Shown: one piece after another, positions 13,811-27,662 of the stretch
Numbering within the stretch: position 1 is the stretch's first letter
How the letters are laid out: every line of letters begins with the position of its first letter
NCBI GenBank assembly: GCA_951406725.2
Contig: OX597830.1
Span: 23,808,001-23,872,000 of the forward strand
Reading direction: 5' to 3'
Source: Octopus vulgaris
Lineage: Eukaryota
DNA: 64,000 nucleotides
Notes under the pieces: generated by a model
Seen by the model: only the letters and a program-made list of their open reading frames with translations
Told to the model about the DNA's origin: nothing
Database searches by the model: none
Program-made: the position numbers and the translations under genes

Positions 13811-14249
13811 TTATTTCAATAGGTAATTAAAGTAATATTTCTTATAAAGTTTTTATCTTGATGGAAAACCTTCCTACCTCATTAGTTCGGATTCTTTGTT
13901 TAATTTTTTTTTCTTGTTTTTGCGGCTCACAAACAATAAAAAATTAATTACGGATTTTAATTACATTTTATTTGTGAGGTGTAAGTTTTGTCACAGAGAA
14001 TATCTTAACGTAGGTGTAAGAGCATGAACTGGGGCCAAGTGGTACTTTCGTAGGTCATGTGACCTACATTGTCTTGTGTATACATATATATAATTACGCA
14101 TATGTGTACTTGCGTACACGTTTGTGTGTGTGTGTGTGTGTGTGTAGATTTAGGTATACACATGTTGAGAGCAGCACATTCGACTGACTTTACCTGAGGT
14201 AAATTAGTGCCTGGTTGTTAGCTTCAATGATATATATATATATACAAAT

Positions 14250-14290
<41 letters not shown>

Positions 14291-14341
14291 GTATATATAC
14301 AAATTCCATAATTTCAATTACATATATACATATGTGCGTAT

Positions 14342-14439
14342 TTATTAGCTACAGCGGTATATATTCTGAAAATGGAACAATACAGAGAAGATTAGAATGG
14401 ATCCCGCGCGAGGATAACGCGGAAATTCTTGAAGCGTTC
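14342..14439 (+). pseudogene. U6: U6 snRNA-derived pseudogene (nearly full length), fused to a SINE-like tail
   Basis: Gap-free colinear match over 98 nt to U6 as recalled from memory, about 76/98 to the human sequence by hand count. Includes TGGAAC.ATACAGAGAAGATTAG (ACAGAGA box at 14382-14388) and AAATTC.TGAAGCGTTC. The catalytic AGC triad is mutated to AGA and the 3' U tract is missing. Confidence 0.92.
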
Positions 14440-14560
14440 TCCAGAATGGCTCAGCCTTTGGGTTGAAACGCATAAAAGAATAAAAGAATATGTATACATA
14501 TATACGTCTGCATAGATATATAGATGTGTACACGCACACGCATGTATATGTGCTTGTGCT

Positions 14561-15620
<1,060 letters not shown>

Positions 15621-15719
15621 TAATTTCATTGCGTGTGTGTGTTTCTGTGTATGTATGTATACGCGCCATCATCTTTCACTCTTTTCCATCGATTCAACAC
15701 TCTTTTCGTTGGCAGATAG

Positions 15720-16260
<541 letters not shown>

Positions 16261-16279
16261 TCTATCGCACAATATATAA

Positions 16280-16310
<31 letters not shown>

Positions 16311-16694
16311 AGAGAGAGAGAACATACATACAATCTTAAATGAATATCTGTCTACCTGTATAAAAACGTCAATTTCAAGAAGTGATATCATAGAAGATTA
16401 ATTTTACTTAATTTACTTCAATTTCATTTCCCTTCTACGATAGCATGACTAAATTGTATGAATTGAATGAAACCGATAGCATATTTTGGTGAACATATAA
16501 ATACTTTGTTCGTTTCGTTCAGGACAAATTTCTGAAAGAATTTTCCTTGCGTTTTAATATAAATTTGCTCATGTGAAACCTTTTAACCTCTTAAACTTTA
16601 CAACACACATACACATACATACACACGCACACACACACACACATACACACACATACACACACATTCACATACACACACACACGCACACACACAG

Positions 16695-16757
<63 letters not shown>

Positions 16758-17454
16758 AACTTAGACGTTAGCTTCTCCATAAATTTCACTTCTATAAAAA
16801 CGAAATTAACACTCGACTTCAGACATGAACTCTCATTCATAATATATTCGGACATTCGATCATACTTCTCCAGCAGGTTAAGTGCTGATGTCGTTTAGTC
16901 TCAGTTCAGCCATTTTGGATAGACATAATACCAGAAACGTTCCAGCTGTACTGTGTCATCTTCCTTTCTATTTTTGTGTCTGTTTTACAACACGTGACAG
17001 CTGATTTATGATTCAAAGCTTGCGAATCGGTACTTAAAAGATTGTAAGAGATTGCAGCCTATGTCGTGGTAGAAGGAACACATTTTTAAACATTTCATTT
17101 CGATCTACGAAATGATTATGTTTTTATTTAATGTAAATGACAGTATTTACATAAAAGTCTTCTTTCTACTTTTGTTCTACTTGTAACCGTATTTGTCAGA
17201 TGTATGATGGGTGCGAATGTGCGCGGATGTGTGCATATACATTTATGTGTATGTATGTATGTATGTATGTATGTATGTATGTATGTATGTATGTATGTAT
17301 GTATGCATGTATGTATGAATGCATGTATGTAGGCATGTATGTATGTCTATTGTGTGTGTATATGCATATATATTTATCTATCTAAATATATATTACTATA
17401 TATACATATATATATCTATATATACGCATGTCTTTTTTACTCTTCAGATATCTC

Positions 17455-17673
17455 CTTTAATATTCAGTCATTTGATTGTGGCCATGCTGGAGCACCGCCT
17501 TTAGTCGAACAAACCGACCCCAAGCCTTATTCTTTGTAAGCCTAGTCCTCATTCTATCGGTCTCTTATGCCGAACCGCTAAGTTAAGGGACGTAAACACA
17601 CCAGCATCGGGTGTGAAGTGATGTTGGGGGGACAAACACAGACATAATCATACACACATACACAAACACACAT

Positions 17674-17718
<45 letters not shown>

Positions 17719-17905
17719 ATATAAACAATATATAGATATATACGACGGGCTTCTTTCAGTTTTCGTCAATCAAATCAACTCACAAGGCTTTGGTCGCGCC
17801 GAGGCTATAGTAGAAGACACTTGCCCAAGGTGCAAGGCAGTGGGACTGAACCCGGAACCATGTAGTTGGTAAGCAAGCTACTTACTACACAGCCACTCCT
17901 ACGCC
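17455..17905 (-). mobile_element. SINE-B full copy
   Basis: Both halves near consensus; internal (CA)/(TA) tract ~17645-17742. Confidence 0.9.
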
Positions 17906-17981
17906 TACATATATATATACACACACACACACATATATATATATATGTATGTATATATATATATATGCACATATATATATG

Positions 17982-18021
<40 letters not shown>

Positions 18022-18429
18022 TATATTAAGAGAAATTTTTCGCCACCAGCGGTCCAGTGAGAAAGAAAAAATACTCAACAGACTATATAATATACAGTCA
18101 ACAATATTAAGGAATGGCCTTGATAGGCCATTCGACCCACTAGAAAGAGCAGCTAAACTCATACCGCTAAATAGTTGTAATTCAGAAACCAAAGGAAAAT
18201 AAAAATATTTACCCTTATCATCTTTGGACTATGCATAGTTTCGACATACATATTGGCAAACCGATTAAATTAAATTAAATTAAATTATATGATTATAACA
18301 ATAATTAAGGGTTTAGCAACAAGTTGCTTAACCACATACCGAAAAATTTAGAAATAGCAGTCAAAAGACCGTTATTTCTTTTCGCTACAAAATATGACTC
18401 TCTCTCTCTCTCTCTTTATTATATATATA

Positions 18430-18473
<44 letters not shown>

Positions 18474-18474
<1 letters not shown>

Positions 18475-18810
18475 CTGATGTTGGTGTGTTTACGTCCCCG
18501 TAACTTACCGGTTCGGCAAAAGAGACCGATAGCATACGTACTAGACTTACAAAAAGTAGGTCCTGGAGTCGATTTGTTTGACTAAAGGCGGCGCTCCAGC
18601 ATGGCTGTAGTCAAATGACTGAAACAAATAAAAGAATATATATACGACGGGCTTCTTTCGGTTTCCGTCTACCATATCGACTCACAAGGCTTTATCCGCT
18701 CCGAGGGTATAGAAGAAGACATTTGCCCAATTTTGCATGCAATAGGATGGAACCCGGAACTATGTGGTTGAAAAACAAGCTTCTTACTACACTGTCACAC
18801 CTGGCATCTA
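18474..18810. mobile_element. SINE-B 3' half (+, 18474-18637) abutting SINE-B 5' half (-, 18642-18810)
   Basis: The tail AAATAAAAGAATATATATA runs directly into CGACGGGCTTCTTTC, the antisense end of the 5' half. Confidence 0.85.
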
Positions 18811-21800
18811 TCTACGCCGGCATGTGGCCGTAAGCATTGATTATGTAATATTAATTCATATTAACAACAACCCATAGTGACTTCATCGTGACGGAATGAC
18901 TAAATTAAGACGTGGAAGCTTGGGTCATTTCACCTATGTATAGTGACAGACAATTTGATAGAATATCCCAATATTCCTGTAGCTCGGAAACAGCAACTCA
19001 CAAACAGACATACACATAAAGAACAATAAGTCATAGAAGAATAAAATTAATGCTTATCATTTTATAAGATTAATTTTTGAAGCTGGGCTTTTTACTTACT
19101 CTATATATATTTAGAGAGTTGTTTGGTCGGGACAGTAAAGACTATTTAAATACCAATGTCACTGTATAGAGATTCATAAATATACTCAGTTGGTTATATC
19201 TTGCGTAGCTTCAAAGAATAAGAATACAGCAATTGTTAAAGAGAGAAAAGGAAAGAAGTAAAGAAAAGAAAAATGTGAGTAAGAAAGCAAGAGTGCACAC
19301 ACATACACAAACCACACATGTTTGTATGTATGTATGTATGTATGTATGTATGTATGTATGTATGTATGTATGTATGTATGTGATGTCACATGAAGTAACG
19401 TTGAATCATATTCAACGCGTTGGATTGCACTCAGACATGAGAAGGCCTATCACTGCTGAGATAGACCAAAGGAGAAAATTACATTACCCTCTTATATACA
19501 TGTAGAGACACATGAAAAGGGTGTGAAAGATAAAAGTAGATTCGAGGACGCGTGCGTTTCTATTTCGTTTCAGTTTGTTAACTTCAAAAACCTATCCTGT
19601 CTCCATTAGCCCGGCATGAAATTATTATTATTATTAAAAGAGCATACGGAAAGTATGCTGGTATTCGTCAAGCTTGATAAAGCTAGAATTAAATAACTGA
19701 TGTCCCATGAAACGATGTTGAATGGAATATATACGGGTAAGGCCATACTCAACACTTTTGAGTGTATTCGGACACGAGAAGACCATCACGGACTGCGAAT
19801 GAGCTATGATGCGAACCCGTATATTTAATTAGACACTGATGTCCGCTTAAACCTATTGCACTATGCCATGTTGTAGCACAGATCTCTAGAATTTATTTCT
19901 ACGTCTCAAAACTTAGAAACGAATGTAAATCGTTTGGTTGCTTGTTTTCGCAATTCGATGATCAAATAAATTCTTGATTCTTTATTAAATAACTTCACAG
20001 TATCGAAATTCTTCCAATTCACTGAAGGTTCTAGAAGCAAAGATTTTTTTAAATTGTATTATTTTACAATTGATAAATAAAACAAATTTATTCAACGATA
20101 AGATTGGATTGGCCAAACAAAGAATATATATGATTATTGCTTTCGTACAATAAAAAACTCACTGTTAATTGGTAATCGATTCCTGGTTATCTCTATTGAA
20201 TAAATCACCTGATATTTTTTTGTTCTTACTGTTATTTTTATTGTTTAGTCCCAGGACGGCTTTAACCAAAAAGATTTATGATGAAAAGCCGTGATTTTGA
20301 TTCCTGAGATATATCTAGAACGCAGGCATAGCAAAGTGATTAAGAAGCTTGCTTCGCAACCATGCGGCTGAGAGCTCGATCCGACAGCTTGGTATCTTGG
20401 ATATACGTATTTATCTTAACTTTGGGCCAATTCAGGCTTTGTGTGCGAATTTCTATCGATAGAAACTGAGTGGAAGCCCGTCGAAAGGATGATGCCTGTA
20501 ATTAAACAATCTTGTATTGATATCATTTCGCTACGCTGTTTCTACCGGGGGATGACTGCCGGATAACACACATATCTCTGGAATACTCGGCAATTCCCGA
20601 CGCTAAAACAATGTATAAATCAGCGAGTTGATCGCAAACCTGAACACTTTTACGTCGAAACCAATTAGAAAATTTATCATCATCATCATCATCATCATCT
20701 TACCTATCGTTGTCATCGTCTTGGTCCTCATCCTCCCCTCATTATTGACGTTGTGATCTTTGTCATCTTCGTCGTCGTCGTCGTCGTCGTCATCATCATC
20801 ATCATCCTGGATAACAGTAGGGAGAAGAAATTTGAGGGAAATTTAGCAACTATTTTTAGTGGCTCACTTGACCTCGTAAGGGTGGCTTTTCTTGTTATTC
20901 ATTTAGAGGAGCAGGTTTTGATTATTTCTTTCTTGTTTACAAAATAAGTTTAATTCAGCGCCACACAGTATAGGTTCTCCGTCTACTTACCATATACTTT
21001 CTTGCATTTACCATATTTTGCTGTTATTAACGCCAACCTTGACGTTAATAACTACCTTGCTATTATTAAATAATGACAAAAACGTGATAGAGAGGCACGA
21101 TGAAGGAACATACAGAAAAACATGAAAATAAAAACACGCAATCAACGAACCCAGACATGCTCAATCCTGTATCCATCATCGACCAAATATCATTACAGTT
21201 TCAACACCCTCCGATAATATTGTTCAGTTTGACGATATTAGCAACATTAGATGCTGGGGTATAAATGAGCAGACGAATATGATGAGAGAAAAATAAAGGG
21301 CAATAACAGAAAAGACGAGGTCTGTAGAGCGAAAAGTTAAAAGAACGAATTATGAGAAGAATTAAGCAAGGAAGGTAACAAAAAAATAATAAACGACACA
21401 GAGAGATATTCGTAGACATAAAATGCATTTCGACTATGTGATAGCAAAATTCCTTTCATATACGTTTCTATGCCAAATAACTTGTTATTGCTGTTGTCTT
21501 CGTCGTTGTTGTTGTTGTTGTTCTTCTTCTTCCAATCAGGACTCACGCCATTTGCCACAAAGAATAATCTCTAATTCGAGCCTACTCTAAGCTACTAAGA
21601 ATGCGTTTGGCAACTTGAAGATCTACCCACCAAACGCGATAGAATGGTGGTTGCACGGGCGCGAAAGCTACGTTGTTATCCTCATTCCGTAAACGGTGGC
21701 TTTTAACGGGTGGAGAGTTGAACCATCCTGTAGTACAGAGGATTCGCAATCTAGACTAGGGTCTTAAAGTTTTACCACACCATAGTGGGTTACGCCATGG

Positions 21801-21817
21801 TCCCTCTGCTTTGTGGC

Positions 21818-22255
21818 AGAAGTAGGAAGAACGAGTGAGAGAAAGTTGTGGTGAAAGAGTACAGCGGAGTTCACCAGCATCCCCCGCCGGAGCCTTGTGG
21901 AGCTTAGGTGTTTTTGCTCAATAAACACTCACAATACCCGGTCTGGGAATCGAAACCGCGTTCTTACAACCTATTTCTTTACTACCCACAAGGGGCTAAA
22001 CACAGAGGGGACAAACAAGGACAGACAAACGGATTAAGTCGATTATATCGACCCCAGTGCGTAACTGGTACTTATTTAATCGACCCCGAAAGGATGAAAG
22101 GCAAAGTCGACCTCGGCGGAATTTGAACTCAGAACGTTACGGCAGACGAAATACGGCTACGCATTTCGCCCGGCGCGCTAACGTTTCAGCTACCTCGCCG
22201 CGTTCTTACAACCGCGAGTCGGCTGCTCTAACCACTGGGCCATTGCGCCTCCACT
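21818..22255 (-). mobile_element. SINE-C 5' part interrupted by a SINE-A insertion (21972-22200)
   Basis: Head GTGGAGGCGCAATGGCCCAGTGGTTAG ends at 22254; TSD GCGTTCTTACAACC flanks the nested SINE-A (21958-21971 and 22200-22213). Confidence 0.92.
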
Positions 22256-23517
22256 CGTCGTTGCTGTTGGTAATTGTCCTCAGTACGTAGACTTCACACA
22301 TCACACTGTTTAACATCAGCGCCTGGCTGTTGCATGTCGCGAAACTTAAACTTTCTGTTATTGACGATTTAGCATTTTAGATGGATATCTTATACCTTAG
22401 AAATAAAGAAATCGCTGGAGTTCATTCATGTATTACTAATTACTTAAACTGTTCTGTTCCCGAAGACTGTGCACTTTGCATTTATTGTATTTCAAATTCC
22501 AGAGAGCAAAAGGTTTTTTAATTCTTTTTGGGCAGTCACTTAAATATAATTACGGCTTAGAGTAAAAATAGAACGTGTTCGCGAGGGAGATAGAAAGAAA
22601 TAGAGACAGAGAAAGAGAAAGATATATAGTGAGAGAAAGAGAGAGAGAGAGAGGGGGGGAGAGAGAAAGAGAGAAGGAGAAAAAGAGAGAGAACGACAAA
22701 GAGAGTGTTACCAGGCTCAACCAATCAAGATTTTATCTATGACAGGGTATTTTGTTTCTTATTTATGGCAGCATGACAACGACGACGACGACGATGACGA
22801 CAGACGATGATGATGACGATGCTGCTGCTGATTATGACAATGATGATGTGGAGGAGGAGGAGGAGGCAGAGCAGGAGCAGGAGGGGGAGTAGGAGCAGGA
22901 GTAAGAGGAGGAGGAAGAGAAGGATGGTGGTGGTGTTTTTCGTAGCGGTAGCGCTGCGTGGTGTGGCAGTGGTGGCCAATTTGGTAATGGCGGCGGCGGC
23001 GGTGGTGGTGGTGGTGGTGGTGATACAATGTTAAGGTGAAAGAGTGCTGGAAGCTGAGTCCTCTTTATTCCACTACACTTAACTGTTGTTGTTCATAATA
23101 ATAAAACTTAAACCCGATTAAGAAAGAAAAAGATGGAATATTTTTATATATAAAAATATTTAAAAGTTATTTTATTTGTAGCAAATGTGCTTTAACTATA
23201 AAGATTTGTTTAATGGCTCGTGTATATGTGTGCCTAAATAACATATAAATATAATATAAATATAATATAAATATAATTATATAAATATATAAATATTTAC
23301 ATATAAGTATGTGTGTATATGCATATATATGTATATGTATATAAATATACACATATAAACATTCATACATACGTATGTGCGTATGTAAGTATGTATACAT
23401 GTATTTATGTTCTTTTCCGCTTTTTAATTTAGAATATATTTTGACCGACCACAGTACATGGTAGCAAGGTTTGAAAGGAAAGCATCTTGTTTTAACCATC
23501 ACTACGTATGTATGTAA

Positions 23518-23733
23518 AGGCGGCGTGCTGGCTGAATCGTTAGCACGCTGGACGAAATGCTTAGCGGTACTTCGCCCGTCTCTACGTTCTGAGTTCAAAT
23601 TCTGCCGAGGTCAACTTTGCTTTTCATCCCTTCGAGGTCGATAGGGTAAGTACTAGTGAAACACTGGGGTCAATATAAACGACTGGTCCCCTCCTCCGAA
23701 ATGTCAGACCTTGTGCCTATCGTAGAAAAGATT
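23518..23733 (+). mobile_element. SINE-A monomer (tail type 1)
   Basis: Head, B-box, central domain and CCTTGTGCCTATCGTAGAAAAG tail. Confidence 0.88.
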
Positions 23734-23785
23734 ATGTATGTTTGTTTGTTTGTATGTATGTGTGTGTTTATATGTATGTATGTAT

Positions 23786-23892
23786 GTCATTATTCAGTTT
23801 TCTTTCACGATTTCTTGCTAATACCGAAGGAGCCGGTTTCTAACCTAGATCCAATTCAATGTGGTGTCAACATCAACAACAGGGTATTTTTG
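23786..23892 (-). repeat. ~110-bp module embedded in (TATG)n; second copy at 56812-56915 (+)
   Basis: GTCATT.TTCAGTTT.TTTCA.GATTTCTTG...AGCCGGTTTCTAACCTAGATCCA...TCAACATCAACA.CAGGGTATTTTTG is shared by both copies, each flanked on both sides by (TATG)n/(CATA)n. Confidence 0.85.
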
Positions 23893-24397
23893 TATGTATG
23901 TATGTATGTATGTATGTATGTATGTATGTATGTATGTATGTATGTATGTATGTATGTGTGCAGATTTGTATGTTTTGTTTTATATATGTATTCTCATTTC
24001 TCTAGTTGCATATCTAGACATGTTCATATATATCTAAATGATAAACTTCTAGAAAGTTTTACAGATTTTTACAGTTCCTGTGATGGATTGGATTTGTAGT
24101 CTTCGAATAAAAACAAAATTATTCTTTACTAAGGGAAAAAAAGAAAAAAAATTATGGACGAAATATTTGCTTGAGTACTTAACGATTGGTCAAGTTAGAA
24201 TTAAATAAATGCAGCCGTACGAAGCAATGTCCAACATAAAAATATTCAGGTAAGGTCATATTTATTCAAAGTTGCTTCATGCTACATTATGGAATTAATG
24301 CTACACACACTCACGCATAGATGTTTTATAGTGCATACAATGAGAGAACTGAAGGCACATTTGTCTTGCTAAACGCGCGTATCCTCTTTTCTGTATA

Positions 24398-24612
24398 TTG
24401 ATTTCGAATTTTGGCACAAGGCCAGTAACTTAACGGGAAGAGATAAGTCGATTACATCGAGACTTCTGCTTGAATGGTACTTATTTTATCGACCCCGGAA
24501 GGATGAAAAGCAAAGCCGACCTCGGCAGAATTTGAACTCACAATGTAAAGACAATCGAGACGCTGCTAAGCATTTCGTCCTGCGTGCTAACGATTCTGCC
24601 AGGTCGGCGCCT
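24398..24612 (-). mobile_element. SINE-A monomer (older, tail type 3)
   Basis: Motif match to other copies. Confidence 0.85.
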
Positions 24613-25289
24613 TCATGCCTATTTTATATATTGACATGCGCGGAAAAACAAGCAGTATAAAAAGCCTAGAGCAATTCACACGATATTGACTTCGCATTCC
24701 CCTCTCTGTCTCTCTGTGTATATGTTTGTCTGTCTGTCTGTCTCAAACTCAAATGAATTCGCACAACGAACAATAACGCTCCTTGTGTTTGTGCGTTTGG
24801 GTGTATTGTAAGCCCACAAGAAAAATCGGAAAATGTCAAGAGGCAACCTAAGAGATGCAACTGTGTGTGTGCGTGTATGTATGTATGTGTGTGTATGTGT
24901 GTATGTGTATATGTGTGTGTGTGTGTGTGCGTGTGTGTGGCGCCTCCGAGTAGCAAGTAATTTCAGTATTAATGTCTGATTAAGTTATCTCCCGCTTTTA
25001 AAATTTTCTTGTTTGCGATAGTTAAGAAAAAGCAACTATTAGACAAATTACTGGGATCAATATAATCAAATAAAATACTTCAAAGCCATCCATGCTCCCT
25101 GTTGGCAGCAATCCAATGATTGAAAACCAGTAAAAGAAAAATATTAGAAAAATATGCAAGTAAATAGGAGATAGAGGTTGAAATAGATAAGATAATGATA
25201 GATAGGCAGGTAGGTAGGTAGGTAGGTAGGTAGGTAGGTAGGTAGGTAGGTAGGTAGGTATGTAGATTGGTAGATAGGTAGGTAGATAA

Positions 25290-25322
<33 letters not shown>

Positions 25323-25394
25323 CAGATAGATAAATAGATAGATAGACAGACAGATAGACAGACAGAAAGACAAATCCGCAGATAAACAGTTTTA

Positions 25395-25425
<31 letters not shown>

Positions 25426-25691
25426 TTATCTATCTATATAATATATAAACATATATATATATGTGTGTGTGTGTGTGTATGTGTGTGTGTGTGTGTACGT
25501 GTGTATGTGTGTGTATGTATAATATATATAAATATATATCTATATACATGTATACACACATATGTATACATATCCATATACGTGTATATATATGTATATA
25601 TTGTATACTCACACACACATATATATGTATATGAAGAGGGAGAGAGGGTGAGAGAGAGAAAGAAAGAGAAAGAGATAAATACTGTTAGAAG

Positions 25692-26000
<309 letters not shown>

Positions 26001-26793
26001 CGAGACTGAGTGTGACTGAAATGGAAAAATAAGGTAAAACCATTTAGACAGACAGATAAGAAAATGGGTCCTTCATTCTTCATAAATAAAAAATAAACAA
26101 ATATATACTCTCATATGATTGGTCAATTTCTTTTCAATAACAAGACCGAGACTTGTTTAGTTCGTAAATTGATTAGAAATTTTTCTCCATTGTAAAGGAA
26201 GCGAAAATAGTTATGGCTTCGCAATGTCATTAAACCTACTTCCATCCTGGCATGCTACACCGCTATTCCATTGTCTCCAAATCTTCATGTGATAATTTAT
26301 GGGATATCGGTGCAGAAGTTATGTGGTAGACAATAAATTGTTACTAAGTTTGTCGAAGATGTAGGAAATCTTAGGAAAGTTGATCGTCTGCTCCGTCATT
26401 TTTATTTTTTCTCGTCTTTTGTGTGAAAATATTTTGTAGGAGAGAGAGAATAAAGTAAAGGCAGTGATGTAACAGTAGCGAAAACAACAACATGGACAGC
26501 AACAAGGAGCAGTGGCAACAACAACAATAATAATGCTTTCTGTTATTGCCTAGGGCGCAGAAGGTGGAGGACTTTTTAATGACAAATCAACAAAAATCAT
26601 GAAGGTTTCACACGAGCATAACAGAAAGATTACATATAAAAAAACAAGCTAACGACTAAGAATAACACGTGCACACGTACACACACACGCACACACACAC
26701 ACAAACACACACACACAGAGACACACACACACACACATGTACATATATGTATATAGATATGCGTATATATATGTATGTGTGTGTGTGTGTATA

Positions 26794-27662
26794 CAGTGCG
26801 CGATGGGTAAATTGTCACCATTTTATATATTTTTTATTTCGTGCATGCGCATTGTTTGTTCTTCATTTTATCGACTACACAGTATGGTAGCGTCAGTTGG
26901 GCACCGCCTGTGAGAAAAACTGCACCATGACGCAATGCTCTCCGGCAGAAATTTGGAAACGACATGCTGTACTGTTTGGCATTTGCGCCGGAAGATCCAA
27001 TACAAACATTTCTGAGTGTTTGGGTGTCAATCTGAGGACATGTACCGAGAATGATGAGAATCAAACATCCAGTCAACATCATGGTGCTTGGATTAATCAC
27101 GGTCGATGGTAACGTTATGCCTCAACTTATCTTCCCACACGTTCTCAGACACAGCACGGAGGTTTACATCAATTGCCTGGAGGAGGTGGTGCTGCCCTGG
27201 GTCAAGAGGGTGGCTGCTGGAAGACCCTATGTCTGGAAAACCCTATGCCTGGAAGACCCTATGCCACACAAGCAAGAGAATCCAGTCATGGCTATCAGGC
27301 AATTTCCCCTAACATCTGGCCACCTAACTCCCCAGACTGCAACCCCACTTGATTATTATGTATGGGGCGCAGTTGAGCGAGAGACCAACAAAACTCCTTC
27401 TAACACCAAATATGAACTGAAGGCAAGGATTAGGGCAGAATTCACCAACCTAAACAAGGAGACTGTCCAAAAGAGTTGCAGGAGATTCTGAAGTCGTTTG
27501 GAGGCCGTTGTTGAAGCCAATAGTGGTTTTATTGAATTAATTCACTCTTTAGTAATTCAAGATATTTTAATGTAAATTTGGTAAATGTATCTGTTAAAAT
27601 GAGATGTTAGTGTTATTTTCATTTTTGTGTAATTCAGACGACAGTTTATTCACCGCACCTTG
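26794..27662 (+). mobile_element. Tc1/mariner superfamily, maT (DD37D)-like internally deleted element, copy 1
   Basis: Starts TA|CAGTGCGCGATGGGTAAATTGTCACC. The HTH-like N-terminus MTQ...KRHAVLFGICAGRSNTNISECLGVNLRT is joined to KHPVNIMVLGLITVDGNVMP..., then WPPNSPDCNPLDYYVWGAVER...SCRRF*SRLEAVVEANSGFIE across frameshifts. Homologous to 57077-57970. Confidence 0.9.

Noticed and set aside
14342-14439. Functional U6 snRNA gene
   Set aside because: AGC triad mutated, 5' stem-loop disrupted, no 3' U tract, and microsatellite rather than a promoter upstream.
16990-17110. Possible Tc1/mariner C-terminal remnant (ACESVLKRL...EGTHF)
   Set aside because: Too short and degenerate, and no TIR was identified.
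22737-23034. Poly-His/Pro/Arg ORFs (also 39114-39545, 43019-43868, 60356-60876)
   Set aside because: Degenerate trinucleotide low-complexity tracts open in several frames; no splice or domain support.
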